Of a stretch of 64,000 nt of DNA, positions 35,244-44,997 are shown in pieces (within the stretch, counting starts at the first letter, position 1; each line of letters starts with the position of its first letter). This DNA is from Candidatus Chryseobacterium colombiense (GTDB lineage Bacteria; Bacteroidota; Bacteroidia; Flavobacteriales; Weeksellaceae). The stretch spans positions 3,626,052-3,690,051 of the forward strand of contig CP119310.1 in assembly GCA_029203185.1 (NCBI GenBank), in the 5' to 3' direction. Below the pieces are notes generated by a model, which was not told the origin of the DNA, did not search any database, and was given only the letters and a program-made list of their open reading frames with translations. The translations under genes and the position numbers were made by a program.

Positions 35244-37156
35244 TATTGTAATATAAAGTTAACAATCAGTATAATTCCCACAGCCAAAGACATGATCAGA
35301 ATGTAGTTCTCTACATTTCCATTCTGGATACGCTTCATCGCTTTTCCGCTGTCTTCAGCACCTTCGCCTACGAAGTCTACAAAACGATCAAGAATACCTT
35401 TATCAAACATCTTTCCTCCGCGTCCTAATCCTTCAACAGTTTTTACAATTAATGCATTGTAAAGTTCGTCAACATATAATTTTTTAGCAGACAATTTTTC
35501 CCATCCTGTATACTGCTCTTCCGGTAATGCTTGTTTTTTCTTATTTACATAAGTGTTTTTAACAATGAACCAAACGCAGAAGAACATCAGAACAGTTGCT
35601 CCTAAAAGTATCATTTCAGTACCAAACGGAACTCCTGATAAGGTAGCTTCCATTTGTTTAAAGCTTTCCTCAGTAAGCACGGGCTTCAGCCATTCCATTA
35701 ATTTTGCATAATGACCGTGACCGATGAAGTGAGGAAGGTTAATTAATCCTCCTACAACAGAAAGAATAGCCAATACGATCAATGGTAACGTCATATTAGA
35801 CGGGCTTTCGTGTAAGTGGTGTTTTTGATCTTCAGTACCTCTGAACTCTCCGTGGAAAGTCAAATAGTACAATCTGAACATATAAGTTGCAGTAATAGCC
35901 GCTAAAATGAATAATAATACCCAATACATTGGATTTTTAGCAAAAGCTGCTACTAAAATTTCGTCTTTTGAAATCATCCCTGATAATAAAGGGAATCCAG
36001 AGATAGCTAATGTTCCGATCAGGAAAGTTGCGTGAGTAATCGGGATGTATTTTTTCAATCCTCCCATGAAACGCATATCCTGCTCGTTGCTCATAGCGTG
36101 GATTACAGAACCTGCTCCCAAGAACAACAATGCTTTGAAGAAAGCGTGTGTCATTACATGGAACATAGCTGTTGTATACGCTCCAAGACCTAAGGCAATG
36201 AACATAAATCCAAGCTGTGAAACCGTAGAATAAGCCAATACTTTTTTGATGTCGTTCTGACGAAGTGCGTAGAATCCAGCTAAAGCAGCTGTTAAGAATC
36301 CGATGAATAAAATTCCTCCCTGAACAGTAGGCGCTAAAGTAAATAAGAAGTTAGATCTTACTACTAAATAAATACCCGCCGTTACCATCGTTGCCGCGTG
36401 AATTAACGCAGAAACTGGAGTTGGACCCGCCATTGCATCCGGTAACCAAGTATATAATGGAACCTGAGCAGATTTACCAGTAGCTCCGATAAATAAACTC
36501 GCCGTAATAAAGATAATTACGTTTCCGTCCAATTCAAATTTTCCGGCATTCTGTGATACGGTAAGATAATCAACAGCGTTAGTCTGAGAAGCGATCATGA
36601 AGATACCGATCAGTAACGCTAGGTCACCAATTCTGTTCATGATGAAAGCTTTTCTTGCTGCTTTACCATATTCCTCGTTGGTATACCAGAATCCGATAAG
36701 TAAGTAAGAACACAATCCTACACCTTCCCATCCGATGAATAAGATCAGGTAGTTGCTTCCCATTACCAATAATAACATTGAGAAGATAAATAAATTCAGA
36801 TAAGTGAAAAACTTATAGAAACCTTTATCGTGACTCATATATCCGATAGAGTACAGGTGAATTAAAGAACCAATTCCTGTGATGATCATGATCATCATTA
36901 ATGATAACTGATCGATCTGGAATCCGAAATTGATCTGAACTCCGTTTACTCTAAACCATTCAAAAGCTTTTACAATTACAGGCTGGCTTTCGGAATCAAA
37001 ATTCATAAAAATACTCACTGCGATGCAGAAAGATGCAAAAACCATTGCTGTAGCCAAGCTACCCACAACAATTTTTGGAAGATTTTTTCCGAATAAACCG
37101 TTAATAAGAAACCCTAAAAGTGGTAAAAGTACTATTGCATATACTAAATTCTCCAT
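35243..37156 (-). CDS. nuoL: NADH-quinone oxidoreductase subunit L
   Basis: 637 aa, the longest antiporter-like subunit, with a C-terminal lateral-helix extension. Confidence 0.9.
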   Translation of the reverse strand: MENLVYAIVLLPLLGFLINGLFGKNLPKIVVGSLATAMVFASFCIAVSIFMNFDSESQPVIVKAFEWFRVNGVQINFGFQIDQLSLMMIMIITGIGSLIHLYSIGYMSHDKGFYKFFTYLNLFIFSMLLLVMGSNYLILFIGWEGVGLCSYLLIGFWYTNEEYGKAARKAFIMNRIGDLALLIGIFMIASQTNAVDYLTVSQNAGKFELDGNVIIFITASLFIGATGKSAQVPLYTWLPDAMAGPTPVSALIHAATMVTAGIYLVVRSNFLFTLAPTVQGGILFIGFLTAALAGFYALRQNDIKKVLAYSTVSQLGFMFIALGLGAYTTAMFHVMTHAFFKALLFLGAGSVIHAMSNEQDMRFMGGLKKYIPITHATFLIGTLAISGFPLLSGMISKDEILVAAFAKNPMYWVLLFILAAITATYMFRLYYLTFHGEFRGTEDQKHHLHESPSNMTLPLIVLAILSVVGGLINLPHFIGHGHYAKLMEWLKPVLTEESFKQMEATLSGVPFGTEMILLGATVLMFFCVWFIVKNTYVNKKKQALPEEQYTGWEKLSAKKLYVDELYNALIVKTVEGLGRGGKMFDKGILDRFVDFVGEGAEDSGKAMKRIQNGNVENYILIMSLAVGIILIVNFILQ

Positions 37157-37158
37157 TC

Positions 37159-37488
37159 TTATCCTCTTAATTTATTAAATATACTTACATCAACAGAACG
37201 GGTATTTCTATATAGCATAGCAATAATTGCCAAACCTACCGCCACTTCCGCAGCAGCAACCACCATAATGAAGAAAACTAATAGTTGTCCGTCGCCGTTA
37301 CCTTTGTATGCAGAAAACGCAGCCAATAAAAGGTTTACAGAATTCAGCATAAGCTCTACACAACCCAAAATAACAATTGCATTTTTTCTCAGCAATACTC
37401 CCAAAACTCCCAAACAGAATAAAACTGATGAAAGTATGATAAAGTAATTCAGAGGGATGCTTTGTATAAATGTATTTACTTCTCCCAT
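37159..37488 (-). CDS. nuoK: NADH-quinone oxidoreductase subunit K
   Basis: 109 aa with three TM helices, in the expected operon position. Confidence 0.9.
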   Translation of the reverse strand: MGEVNTFIQSIPLNYFIILSSVLFCLGVLGVLLRKNAIVILGCVELMLNSVNLLLAAFSAYKGNGDGQLLVFFIMVVAAAEVAVGLAIIAMLYRNTRSVDVSIFNKLRG

Positions 37489-37492
37489 AATT

Positions 37493-37990
37493 TTATAAAT
37501 CTTTTTTACCGATTAATACCGCACCTACGATACCTGCCAAAATAAGAATGGATGCAAGCTCAAACGGTAAAACATATTCATTAAACAAAAGTCTACCCAG
37601 ATTTTTCGTTAGACCAACTCCTCTGTCTACATTTTCAACTACAACATGGTTGTCCTGAACTCCTCTGAATACCCCTAAAACTCCAATTAATAAAAGACCT
37701 GCTGTAAAAACTCCAACAAATTTTAAAGTATTGTTCTTCTTACTTTCGTCTTGTTTATTAAGGTTAAGCATCATCAGGATATAAAGAAATAATACCATGA
37801 TGGCTCCGGCGTAAACAATAATCTGGATAATCGCAAGGAATTGTGCATTCAGAAGGATGTACATACCCGCAATAGAAAACATTGTAACAATTAATGACAA
37901 AATAGCATATAAAGGATTTCTCGCAAATACGAAATACACCGCACTTGCCACTGCTAAAAACGCCACCAAGAAAAATAAAAACTGATCCAT
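37493..37990 (-). CDS. nuoJ: NADH-quinone oxidoreductase subunit J
   Basis: 165-aa membrane protein. TAATG overlap with nuoI. Confidence 0.9.
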   Translation of the reverse strand: MDQFLFFLVAFLAVASAVYFVFARNPLYAILSLIVTMFSIAGMYILLNAQFLAIIQIIVYAGAIMVLFLYILMMLNLNKQDESKKNNTLKFVGVFTAGLLLIGVLGVFRGVQDNHVVVENVDRGVGLTKNLGRLLFNEYVLPFELASILILAGIVGAVLIGKKDL

Positions 37991-38547
37991 TATTTTACCG
38001 CATTTTTTTGTTTCTCGGATTGTCTTTCAGTGATATCAATCCTTTCATTTATTTTTTCAACCAATTTATCTTTTCCGTAAATGAAAGAACCTCTGTTGGT
38101 TTCCACATCTACCAATCTGTCTGTAAGATAGATGGCTGATTTCGGACAAGCTTCTTCACACATACCGCAGAAAATACATCTTAGCATATTAATTTCATAT
38201 ACTGATGCATATTTCTCTTCTCTGTAAAGGTGTTTTTCTTCTTTAGTTCTTTCAGCAGCAGTCATTGTAATTGCTTCTGCAGGACATGCCACCGCACAAA
38301 GTCCGCAAGCGGTACATCTTTCTCTGCCTTCCTCGTCTCTTTTCAGAACGTGCTGACCTCTCCAGATTTCTGCTCTCGGTTTCTGTACTTCCGGATACGA
38401 ATATACTGCGGGAGCACCTTTCAATACGGTTCTTACAGCATGCTTAAATGTAATCCCCATTCCTGTAAAAATCGCAGGTAAGTAGATTTTTTCAGCAAGG
38501 GTCATTTCTTTATTAGAAACAACTTTTGATCTGTTCGTAAGTTTCAT
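37990..38547 (-). CDS. nuoI: NADH-quinone oxidoreductase subunit I
   Basis: Two 4Fe-4S ferredoxin motifs: CTACGLCAVACP and CIFCGMCEEACP. Confidence 0.95.
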   Translation of the reverse strand: MKLTNRSKVVSNKEMTLAEKIYLPAIFTGMGITFKHAVRTVLKGAPAVYSYPEVQKPRAEIWRGQHVLKRDEEGRERCTACGLCAVACPAEAITMTAAERTKEEKHLYREEKYASVYEINMLRCIFCGMCEEACPKSAIYLTDRLVDVETNRGSFIYGKDKLVEKINERIDITERQSEKQKNAVK

Positions 38548-38605
38548 TTATTTTAATTTTTTAGGCTGAACTTCCATCCAGCATTTAAAAATATATTCTT
38601 ATCTC

Positions 38606-39670
38606 TTAGTTTCCAAATGCTAAAATTACAGCTCCTGTAACCAGCAAGTTTACCAATGCCATTGGAATTAAAGTTTTCCAACCTAAATGCATTAATTGGT
38701 CATATCTAAATCTTGGAAGCGTCCATCTGATCCACATGAAGATCAAAATTCCGATTATTGTTTTCGTTAAGAATGCTACGATACTCAAGATACCTGCTGT
38801 GTTTTCACCCCAGTGCTGAGTTACCCATTCTATTCCAGGATAGTTGTACCCTCCGAAGAAAAGAACTACCATGAATGCATTGGAAATAAACATATTCACA
38901 TATTCACCGAACATGTATAATCCTAACTTCATTGATGAGTATTCTGTAGAATATCCTGTTACCAATTCAGATTCACACTCAGGTAAATCGAAAGGGTGTC
39001 TGTTGGTTTCTGCTAAAGCGGCTACAATGAAAACAAGGAAAGCAATCGGCTGGTAAAAAATGTTCCAGTTCAGCCCTGAAACCCAAGGAATGAATCCCCA
39101 AAGTTTTCCATTGGTCTGGCTAGCTGTAATTTCTTTTAAATCCAAACTTCCTGTCATCATAATGATAGAAAGTAAAGCCAATCCCATTGCCAGTTCGTAA
39201 GAAATCATCTGAGAAGAAGCACGGATTGCTCCTAATAATGAATATTTGTTGTTCGAAGCCCAACCTCCGATCATGATTCCGTAAACACCAATTGAAGCCA
39301 TTCCGATGATGAAAAGTACACCAACATCGATGTTAGCAACCTGAAGATCATAAGAAGTACCTGCAATATTTAAACTTTTACCCCAAGGAATAACCGCTCC
39401 CGTGATTAATGAAATAAACATTACCAAAGCCGGTCCCAATACGAAAAGGAATTTTTCTGCATTGGCAGGTGTAAAATCTTCTTTGAAGAAAAACTTTCCA
39501 CCATCAGCAAGAGGTTGCAGCAATCCGAAAGGTCCAGCTCTGTTGGGACCAATTCTATCCTGCATGATAGAGGCAACTTTTCTTTCTGCCCAGGTAGAGT
39601 AGGCCGCAATCGTTAATGAAAGCAGGAAAAGCGCTAATACAAGTATAAGTTTAAATGTAAGTAAATCCAT
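38606..39670 (-). CDS. nuoH: NADH-quinone oxidoreductase subunit H
   Basis: 354-aa polytopic protein with AERKVASIMQDRIGPNRAGPFGLLQP and ETNRHPFDLPECESELV motifs. Confidence 0.95.
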   Translation of the reverse strand: MDLLTFKLILVLALFLLSLTIAAYSTWAERKVASIMQDRIGPNRAGPFGLLQPLADGGKFFFKEDFTPANAEKFLFVLGPALVMFISLITGAVIPWGKSLNIAGTSYDLQVANIDVGVLFIIGMASIGVYGIMIGGWASNNKYSLLGAIRASSQMISYELAMGLALLSIIMMTGSLDLKEITASQTNGKLWGFIPWVSGLNWNIFYQPIAFLVFIVAALAETNRHPFDLPECESELVTGYSTEYSSMKLGLYMFGEYVNMFISNAFMVVLFFGGYNYPGIEWVTQHWGENTAGILSIVAFLTKTIIGILIFMWIRWTLPRFRYDQLMHLGWKTLIPMALVNLLVTGAVILAFGN

Positions 39671-39758
39671 TTTTATTTTTATAGATGTTAGATATTAGAG
39701 GTTTGAAGATGGGAGCTAAGCTTTCATTTTCAAATTCACTCATTATCAAATTTTCAAA

Positions 39759-40757
39759 TTATTTTTCGTCTTTTTCACTGATTTCTTTAGCCATCGGATT
39801 GTCTAAAACTCTTAGTTCATCTTTAGGCTTTTCATAGTGATTCAATGAAATAACGGAATGTCTGTCGATATGTCTAGGACCTTCAAGGTTCCAGTCGCTT
39901 AAGCTCTTTCTTTCGAAACGGCAAGTATCGCAGATGAATTCTTCCACTTCACCCCATTGGTCTTTTCTTGCTGTAACTCTTACGATCTCGTCACCCTTCA
40001 TCCAAACCGTAGCTTTTCCTGAACATTTATCACATTTGCAAGAGGCGTTCATTGGTTTTGTAAACCAAACTCTGCTTGCAAAACGGGCTGTTCTGTCTGT
40101 TAAAGCTCCAACCGGGCAAACGTCGATTACGTTTCCGATGAAATCATTATCCAAAGCTTTATTTAAATAGGTTGAAATTTCAGCGTGATCTCCTCTGAAA
40201 AGAATTCCATGTTCTCTTTGACCTGTTAACTGGTTGGCAGCCAATACACATCTTGCACACAGAATACAACGGTTCATGTTCAATTTGATGTGAGGACCAA
40301 GATCATCTGCTTCGTAAGTATTTCTTTCGAACTCAGTTCTTGTATTTTCCACACCATGCTCATATCCTAAATCCTGAAGATGACATTCTCCGGCCTGGTC
40401 ACAAATAGGGCAGTCTAACGGGTGGTTTACCAACAAAAACTCAGTTACAGCTTTTCTGCCTTCCTGAGCTTTTTCAGAAGTAAGATTTTTTACTTCCATA
40501 CCATCCATTACGTTAGTTCTGCAGCTTGCAACCAATTTTGGCATAGGACGAGGATCCGCTTCAGATCCTTTAGAAACTTCTACAAGACAAGTCCTACATC
40601 TCCCTCCACTAGTTTCCAACTTGCTGTAGTAGCACATTGCAGGAGGTACAGATTTTCCACCGATTTGTCTTGCTGCTTCCAAAATAGAAGTACCAGGCAA
40701 AACTTCAGTAGTCTGTCCGTCTATAGTTATTTTGAATTTTTTAACCTCTTCGCTCAT
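39759..40757 (-). CDS. nuoG: NADH-quinone oxidoreductase subunit G (short form)
   Basis: 332 aa with Fe-S motifs CRTCLVEV, HPLDCPICDQAGEC and CILCARCV. It lacks the molybdopterin-like C-terminus. Confidence 0.9.
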   Translation of the reverse strand: MSEEVKKFKITIDGQTTEVLPGTSILEAARQIGGKSVPPAMCYYSKLETSGGRCRTCLVEVSKGSEADPRPMPKLVASCRTNVMDGMEVKNLTSEKAQEGRKAVTEFLLVNHPLDCPICDQAGECHLQDLGYEHGVENTRTEFERNTYEADDLGPHIKLNMNRCILCARCVLAANQLTGQREHGILFRGDHAEISTYLNKALDNDFIGNVIDVCPVGALTDRTARFASRVWFTKPMNASCKCDKCSGKATVWMKGDEIVRVTARKDQWGEVEEFICDTCRFERKSLSDWNLEGPRHIDRHSVISLNHYEKPKDELRVLDNPMAKEISEKDEK

Positions 40758-40802
40758 ATTCTATGCTTTTCGCTTATGCTGTTAAAAGCTTTAAGCTCTA
40801 TT

Positions 40803-41684
40803 TTAATTATACTTTTTTGTATTAAATGTATATCCGATCCCCGCAAGTACCTGTCCGAAAACAAAATCCTGACGAGCTTTGTCCGGTTTATTGTTTAATG
40901 TGGTTTTAATGTCCCACATATTAATGTATCCAGCTTTTGCTTCTGCTCTGATCATCCAGTTTTTCCAGAAAACCAAGTTTAAACTTGATCTTAAATCGGT
41001 TCCCATCCCTGCAACGTGAAAACGGTCGCTTCTCTCATTTCCAAAAAGTTTAATATTACTTTTCGGGAACATTACTCCGATTCCGGCTCCGTAAGACCAT
41101 ACTAAATCTATATTTTTCTTATGAATAAGATTTTTGTATTTCTCAATACCCAAATTTTCATAATTCAATCCGTCTGTATGCTCAAAAGTAAGAAACTGTT
41201 CATCAGCTAAATTTACCTGACCGTTCTGTACCATCCCTGCATATTTCGGATCTGAAATATATCCTGAAAAATCAACCGTCTGGTTTTGTTTCATTACATA
41301 TTTCATATGGTCAATTCCAAGAACAAGAGCTAAATTATCTTTAATAAAATATCCTATTCTGAAATTATATTGCGTTACTGTAAACCAACTTGGATCAAAA
41401 TAAACAATTCCAAATTTTGTAGGTTTATCTCTTGCAGATACATTACTCAACTGAAAATCATAACCATTTCCTGTAAAGTGAATATCAGAATTACTGAATG
41501 CTCCCCTGTTCCATCCAAAGAAAGCGAACACCTGACCTTTTTTGCTTAACGGTAAAGGTTTTTCTTTCTTTTCTGCTTTATAAGGAGCTACCTCTAATTT
41601 ATATTCCTTTTCTAATGTATCTTTTTTGACTTGTCCAAAGGCAATCCCCGACATTAAAATACCGGCTACCAATAAATTTTTCAT
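40803..41684 (-). CDS. hypothetical outer-membrane beta-barrel protein embedded in the nuo operon
   Basis: Start set at MKNLLVAGILMSGIAFGQ (ATG at 41684-41682, 1 nt after the nuoF TAG stop). Signal peptide, alternating-hydrophobic beta-strand pattern, ends in IGYTFNTKKYN. Confidence 0.65.
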   Translation of the reverse strand: MKNLLVAGILMSGIAFGQVKKDTLEKEYKLEVAPYKAEKKEKPLPLSKKGQVFAFFGWNRGAFSNSDIHFTGNGYDFQLSNVSARDKPTKFGIVYFDPSWFTVTQYNFRIGYFIKDNLALVLGIDHMKYVMKQNQTVDFSGYISDPKYAGMVQNGQVNLADEQFLTFEHTDGLNYENLGIEKYKNLIHKKNIDLVWSYGAGIGVMFPKSNIKLFGNERSDRFHVAGMGTDLRSSLNLVFWKNWMIRAEAKAGYINMWDIKTTLNNKPDKARQDFVFGQVLAGIGYTFNTKKYN

Positions 41685-41685
41685 T

Positions 41686-43044
41686 CTAAGCATTGTTTTC
41701 AACAGCAGGAATTGGATCTGCATAATGTGCTAATCCGTAGTTTTGAGTCTGAGACAACTCAGGGTTTTTAATGTGCCATTCGAACTCATCTCTGAAGTGA
41801 CGAATAGCCGCTGCAACAGGCCAAGCCGCTGCATCGCCCAAAGGACAAATCGTATTTCCTTCGATTTTTCTCTGGATATCCCAAAGTAGATCGATGTCTT
41901 CCATTTTTCCTTCTCCTTTCTCGATTTTCTTTAAAATCTTATACATCCATCCCGTTCCTTCACGGCAAGGAGTACATTGTCCGCAACTTTCGTGATTATA
42001 GAATCTCGCTAAAGTCATAGTATGTTCTACGATACACTGGTCTTCATCCAACACGATGAAACCTCCTGAACCCATCATTGTTCCGGTAGCGAAACCACCA
42101 TCGGCTAATGATTCATAGTTCATATATCTTGGTTCTCCGTTTACGGTTCTTAATAATAAATTGGCAGGAACAATCGGAACTGAGCTTCCTCCAGGGATAC
42201 AAGCCTTTAATCTTTTTCCGTCTTTAATACCGCCGCAATATTCATCAGAGTAAATGAATTCTTCAACCGTGATGGTCATGTCGATTTCATAAACTCCTGG
42301 CTTATTGATGTTTCCACAAGCAGAAATTAATTTCGTACCTGTAGATCTTCCAACCCCGATTTTAGCGTATTCAGCTCCTGTAATATCAATGATTGGAACG
42401 ATTGCCGCAATAGATTCAACGTTATTAACTACTGTTGGTCTTTCCCAAAGTCCTTTTACAGCTGGGAATGGCGGTTTAAGTCTTGGATTTCCTCTTTTAC
42501 CTTCAAGAGATTCCAGCAATGCAGTTTCTTCACCACAGATATAGGCTCCACCACCTCTTTGAACGTAAATTTCGCAATCGAAACCAGTTCCTAAAATATT
42601 TTTACCTAAAAATCCTGCCGCTTTAGCTTCTTCAATTGCTTCTTCCAAAATATCCGGTATCCAAGAATATTCTCCACGGATGTAGATATAGGAAACATTT
42701 GAACCTAAACAGTAAGATGATATCAACATTCCTTCAATCAATAAATGAGGAAGAAACTCCATCAGATACCTGTCTTTGAAAGTTCCCGGTTCAGATTCAT
42801 CGGCGTTGACTACCAAGTGTCTTGGAACACCTTCTGGTTTTGCCAAAAAGCTCCATTTCATCCCAGTTGGGAATCCGGCTCCACCACGTCCACGAAGACC
42901 AGAAGCTTTTACTTCTTCAAGAATTTCGTCAGGTGTCATTTTCAAGGCTTTCTCTGCTGCGGTATAACCTCCCTGTTTACGGTAGGTTTCAAAATAGCGG
43001 ATACCTTCTATATGTGCGTCTTTAAGTAAAAGTTTTTTACTCAT
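41686..43044 (-). CDS. nuoF: NADH-quinone oxidoreductase subunit F
   Basis: 452 aa with GRGGAGFPTG (FMN/NADH site) and ESCGQCTPCREG (4Fe-4S). Confidence 0.95.
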   Translation of the reverse strand: MSKKLLLKDAHIEGIRYFETYRKQGGYTAAEKALKMTPDEILEEVKASGLRGRGGAGFPTGMKWSFLAKPEGVPRHLVVNADESEPGTFKDRYLMEFLPHLLIEGMLISSYCLGSNVSYIYIRGEYSWIPDILEEAIEEAKAAGFLGKNILGTGFDCEIYVQRGGGAYICGEETALLESLEGKRGNPRLKPPFPAVKGLWERPTVVNNVESIAAIVPIIDITGAEYAKIGVGRSTGTKLISACGNINKPGVYEIDMTITVEEFIYSDEYCGGIKDGKRLKACIPGGSSVPIVPANLLLRTVNGEPRYMNYESLADGGFATGTMMGSGGFIVLDEDQCIVEHTMTLARFYNHESCGQCTPCREGTGWMYKILKKIEKGEGKMEDIDLLWDIQRKIEGNTICPLGDAAAWPVAAAIRHFRDEFEWHIKNPELSQTQNYGLAHYADPIPAVENNA

Positions 43045-43133
43045 TGTAATATGCTTTTGGCGAATAGCTTCTACACTTCGACAGGCTTAGTGTGACAGCT
43101 TTTGCGCCTTTTTTAATTAGTTTAAAATTTATT

Positions 43134-43643
43134 TTAGTCTAAAGCGATTTGTCCTTCTCTGCAAAGATCAAGGATTTCGTCTACTTTTTCTATTGTTAAA
43201 TTTTCATGAAAGAATTTTCCTAACTGCATCATTGGAGCATATCCACAAGCACCCAAACATTCAGCAGGTTTCAATGTGAACATTCCGTCTTCTGTAGTTT
43301 GTCCGTCTTTAATGTTCAGCTTGGTTCTGATATGGTCAAGAATCTTTTCGCTTCCGCAAACCATGCAAGGTCCCGTTCTGCAAACTTCCAAAACATATTT
43401 ACCAACCGGCTTCATGTTGAACATCGTATAAAAAGTTGCTACTTCATATACTTCAATTGGCTTAATACTTAATAATTCAGCAACATAATCCATCACAGGA
43501 ACGTCTAACCATCCTCCGAATTCCTTCTGTGCCAAGTGAAGTACAGGAAGAAGGGCAGACTTCTGTCTTCCTTCAGGATATCTTGCGATAATTTTGTGTA
43601 CCTGTGCTAAACTTTCCGGTTTAAAAGCTATTGTTTCGCTCAT
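43134..43643 (-). CDS. nuoE: NADH-quinone oxidoreductase subunit E
   Basis: 169 aa with 2Fe-2S cysteines in CRTGPCMVCG and CLGACGYAP. Confidence 0.95.
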   Translation of the reverse strand: MSETIAFKPESLAQVHKIIARYPEGRQKSALLPVLHLAQKEFGGWLDVPVMDYVAELLSIKPIEVYEVATFYTMFNMKPVGKYVLEVCRTGPCMVCGSEKILDHIRTKLNIKDGQTTEDGMFTLKPAECLGACGYAPMMQLGKFFHENLTIEKVDEILDLCREGQIALD

Positions 43644-43650
43644 TTTTGAA

Positions 43651-43723
43651 ATTTTAGATTTTAGATTTTAAATGAATAACGGCCTAAAATCAATTTATAA
43701 TTTATAATTCAAAATTTATAATT
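43651..43723. repeat. nuoE-nuoD intercistronic spacer built from AGATTTTA and AATTTATAATT words
   Basis: ATTTTAGATTTTAGATTTTAAAT (43651-43673) and AATTTATAATTTATAATTCAAAATTTATAATT (43692-43723). Confidence 0.7.
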
Positions 43724-43727
43724 CCAG

Positions 43728-44951
43728 TTATGCGTCTAATTCTCCCGCAATAATATTCATACTACACATCGTTACGATCGCATCAGAAATTACAGAACCT
43801 GTAATCATTTCAGGATACGCCTGGTAGTAGATAAAACATGGTCTTCTGAAGTGCAGTCTGTAAGGACTTCTTCCACCATCACTCACCAAATAGAATCCTA
43901 ATTCTCCGTTTCCACCTTCTACAGCGTGGTAAACTTCACCTTTAGGCACTTCTGTTTCTCCCATTACAATTTTGAAATGGTAGATCAAAGCTTCCATTTT
44001 TTGATATACATCTGCCTTTTCAGGAAGATAGAAATCTGGAACATCCGCGTGGAATGGTCCTTCCGGAAGATTTTCGTAAGCTTGTTTGATGATTTTAATT
44101 GATTCCCAAATCTCTTGTTGACGAACCATGAAACGGTCGTAGGTATCTCCTGATGTTCCCACAGGAATAATAAAGTCGAAATCCTGGTATGAAGAATAAG
44201 GCTGTGCAACTCTTACGTCATAATCTACTCCTGCTGCACGTAAGTTCGGACCAGTAAAACCATAGCTTAACGCTCTTTCTGCAGAAATTGCTCCTGCTCC
44301 GATGGTTCTGTCCATGAATATTCTGTTTCTTTCCAACAAAGTACAGAATTCTTTGAATCTTGGAGGGAAAGTTTTAAGGAAATCCTTAATCAACTCATGG
44401 AATTTCGGTGTGAAATCTCTTTCAAAACCTCCGATTCTTCCCATATTCGTCGTCATTCTCGCTCCACAGATCTGCTCATACATATCGTAAATACGCTCTC
44501 TTTCGATGAACATATAAGTAAGACCAGTAATTGCTCCGGAGTCCATTCCCGTTACCCCGTTACAGATAAGGTGGTCACCGATTCTTGCTAATTCCATCAA
44601 AATGACACGCATATAATCTACACGCTTTGGAACTTCAACGCCAATTAGCTTCTCTACTGTCATGTGCCAACCTAAATTGTTGATAGGGGCAGAGCAGTAA
44701 TTCATACGGTCGGTAAGGGTAGTGATCTGAGAGTAGTTTCTTCTTTCTGAAATTTTTTCAAATGCTCTGTGGATGTATCCCACGGTTTGCTCAGCGTGAA
44801 GGATTCTTTCTCCGTCCATCGTTAAGATATTCTGGAAAATCCCGTGCGTTGCAGGGTGGGTTGGTCCCAAATTGAGGGTGTATAATTGACCATCAATCTG
44901 CTCCTTACTGTCGTACTGGTTTAGTATATTAGATAATGAGTTATCTTTCAT
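43728..44951 (-). CDS. nuoD: NADH-quinone oxidoreductase subunit D
   Basis: 407 aa with LNLGPTHPATHG and a C-terminal IIAGELDA-type ending. Confidence 0.95.
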   Translation of the reverse strand: MKDNSLSNILNQYDSKEQIDGQLYTLNLGPTHPATHGIFQNILTMDGERILHAEQTVGYIHRAFEKISERRNYSQITTLTDRMNYCSAPINNLGWHMTVEKLIGVEVPKRVDYMRVILMELARIGDHLICNGVTGMDSGAITGLTYMFIERERIYDMYEQICGARMTTNMGRIGGFERDFTPKFHELIKDFLKTFPPRFKEFCTLLERNRIFMDRTIGAGAISAERALSYGFTGPNLRAAGVDYDVRVAQPYSSYQDFDFIIPVGTSGDTYDRFMVRQQEIWESIKIIKQAYENLPEGPFHADVPDFYLPEKADVYQKMEALIYHFKIVMGETEVPKGEVYHAVEGGNGELGFYLVSDGGRSPYRLHFRRPCFIYYQAYPEMITGSVISDAIVTMCSMNIIAGELDA

Positions 44952-44997
44952 AATGTTTGCTTTTAGCTATTTGCTTTTGGCTAATTGCCTTCCGCTA

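Noticed and set aside
40422-40898. 158-aa plus-strand ORF spanning the nuoG start and the beta-barrel gene end
   Set aside because: It crosses an intergenic spacer antisense to two well-supported genes, and its composition is S/F/R-rich.
41685-41723. N-terminal extension of the beta-barrel ORF (MQIQFLLLKTMLR) overlapping the nuoF 3' end
   Set aside because: The internal Met at 41684 gives a clean signal peptide and starts 1 nt after the nuoF stop. The extension is probably just open frame.
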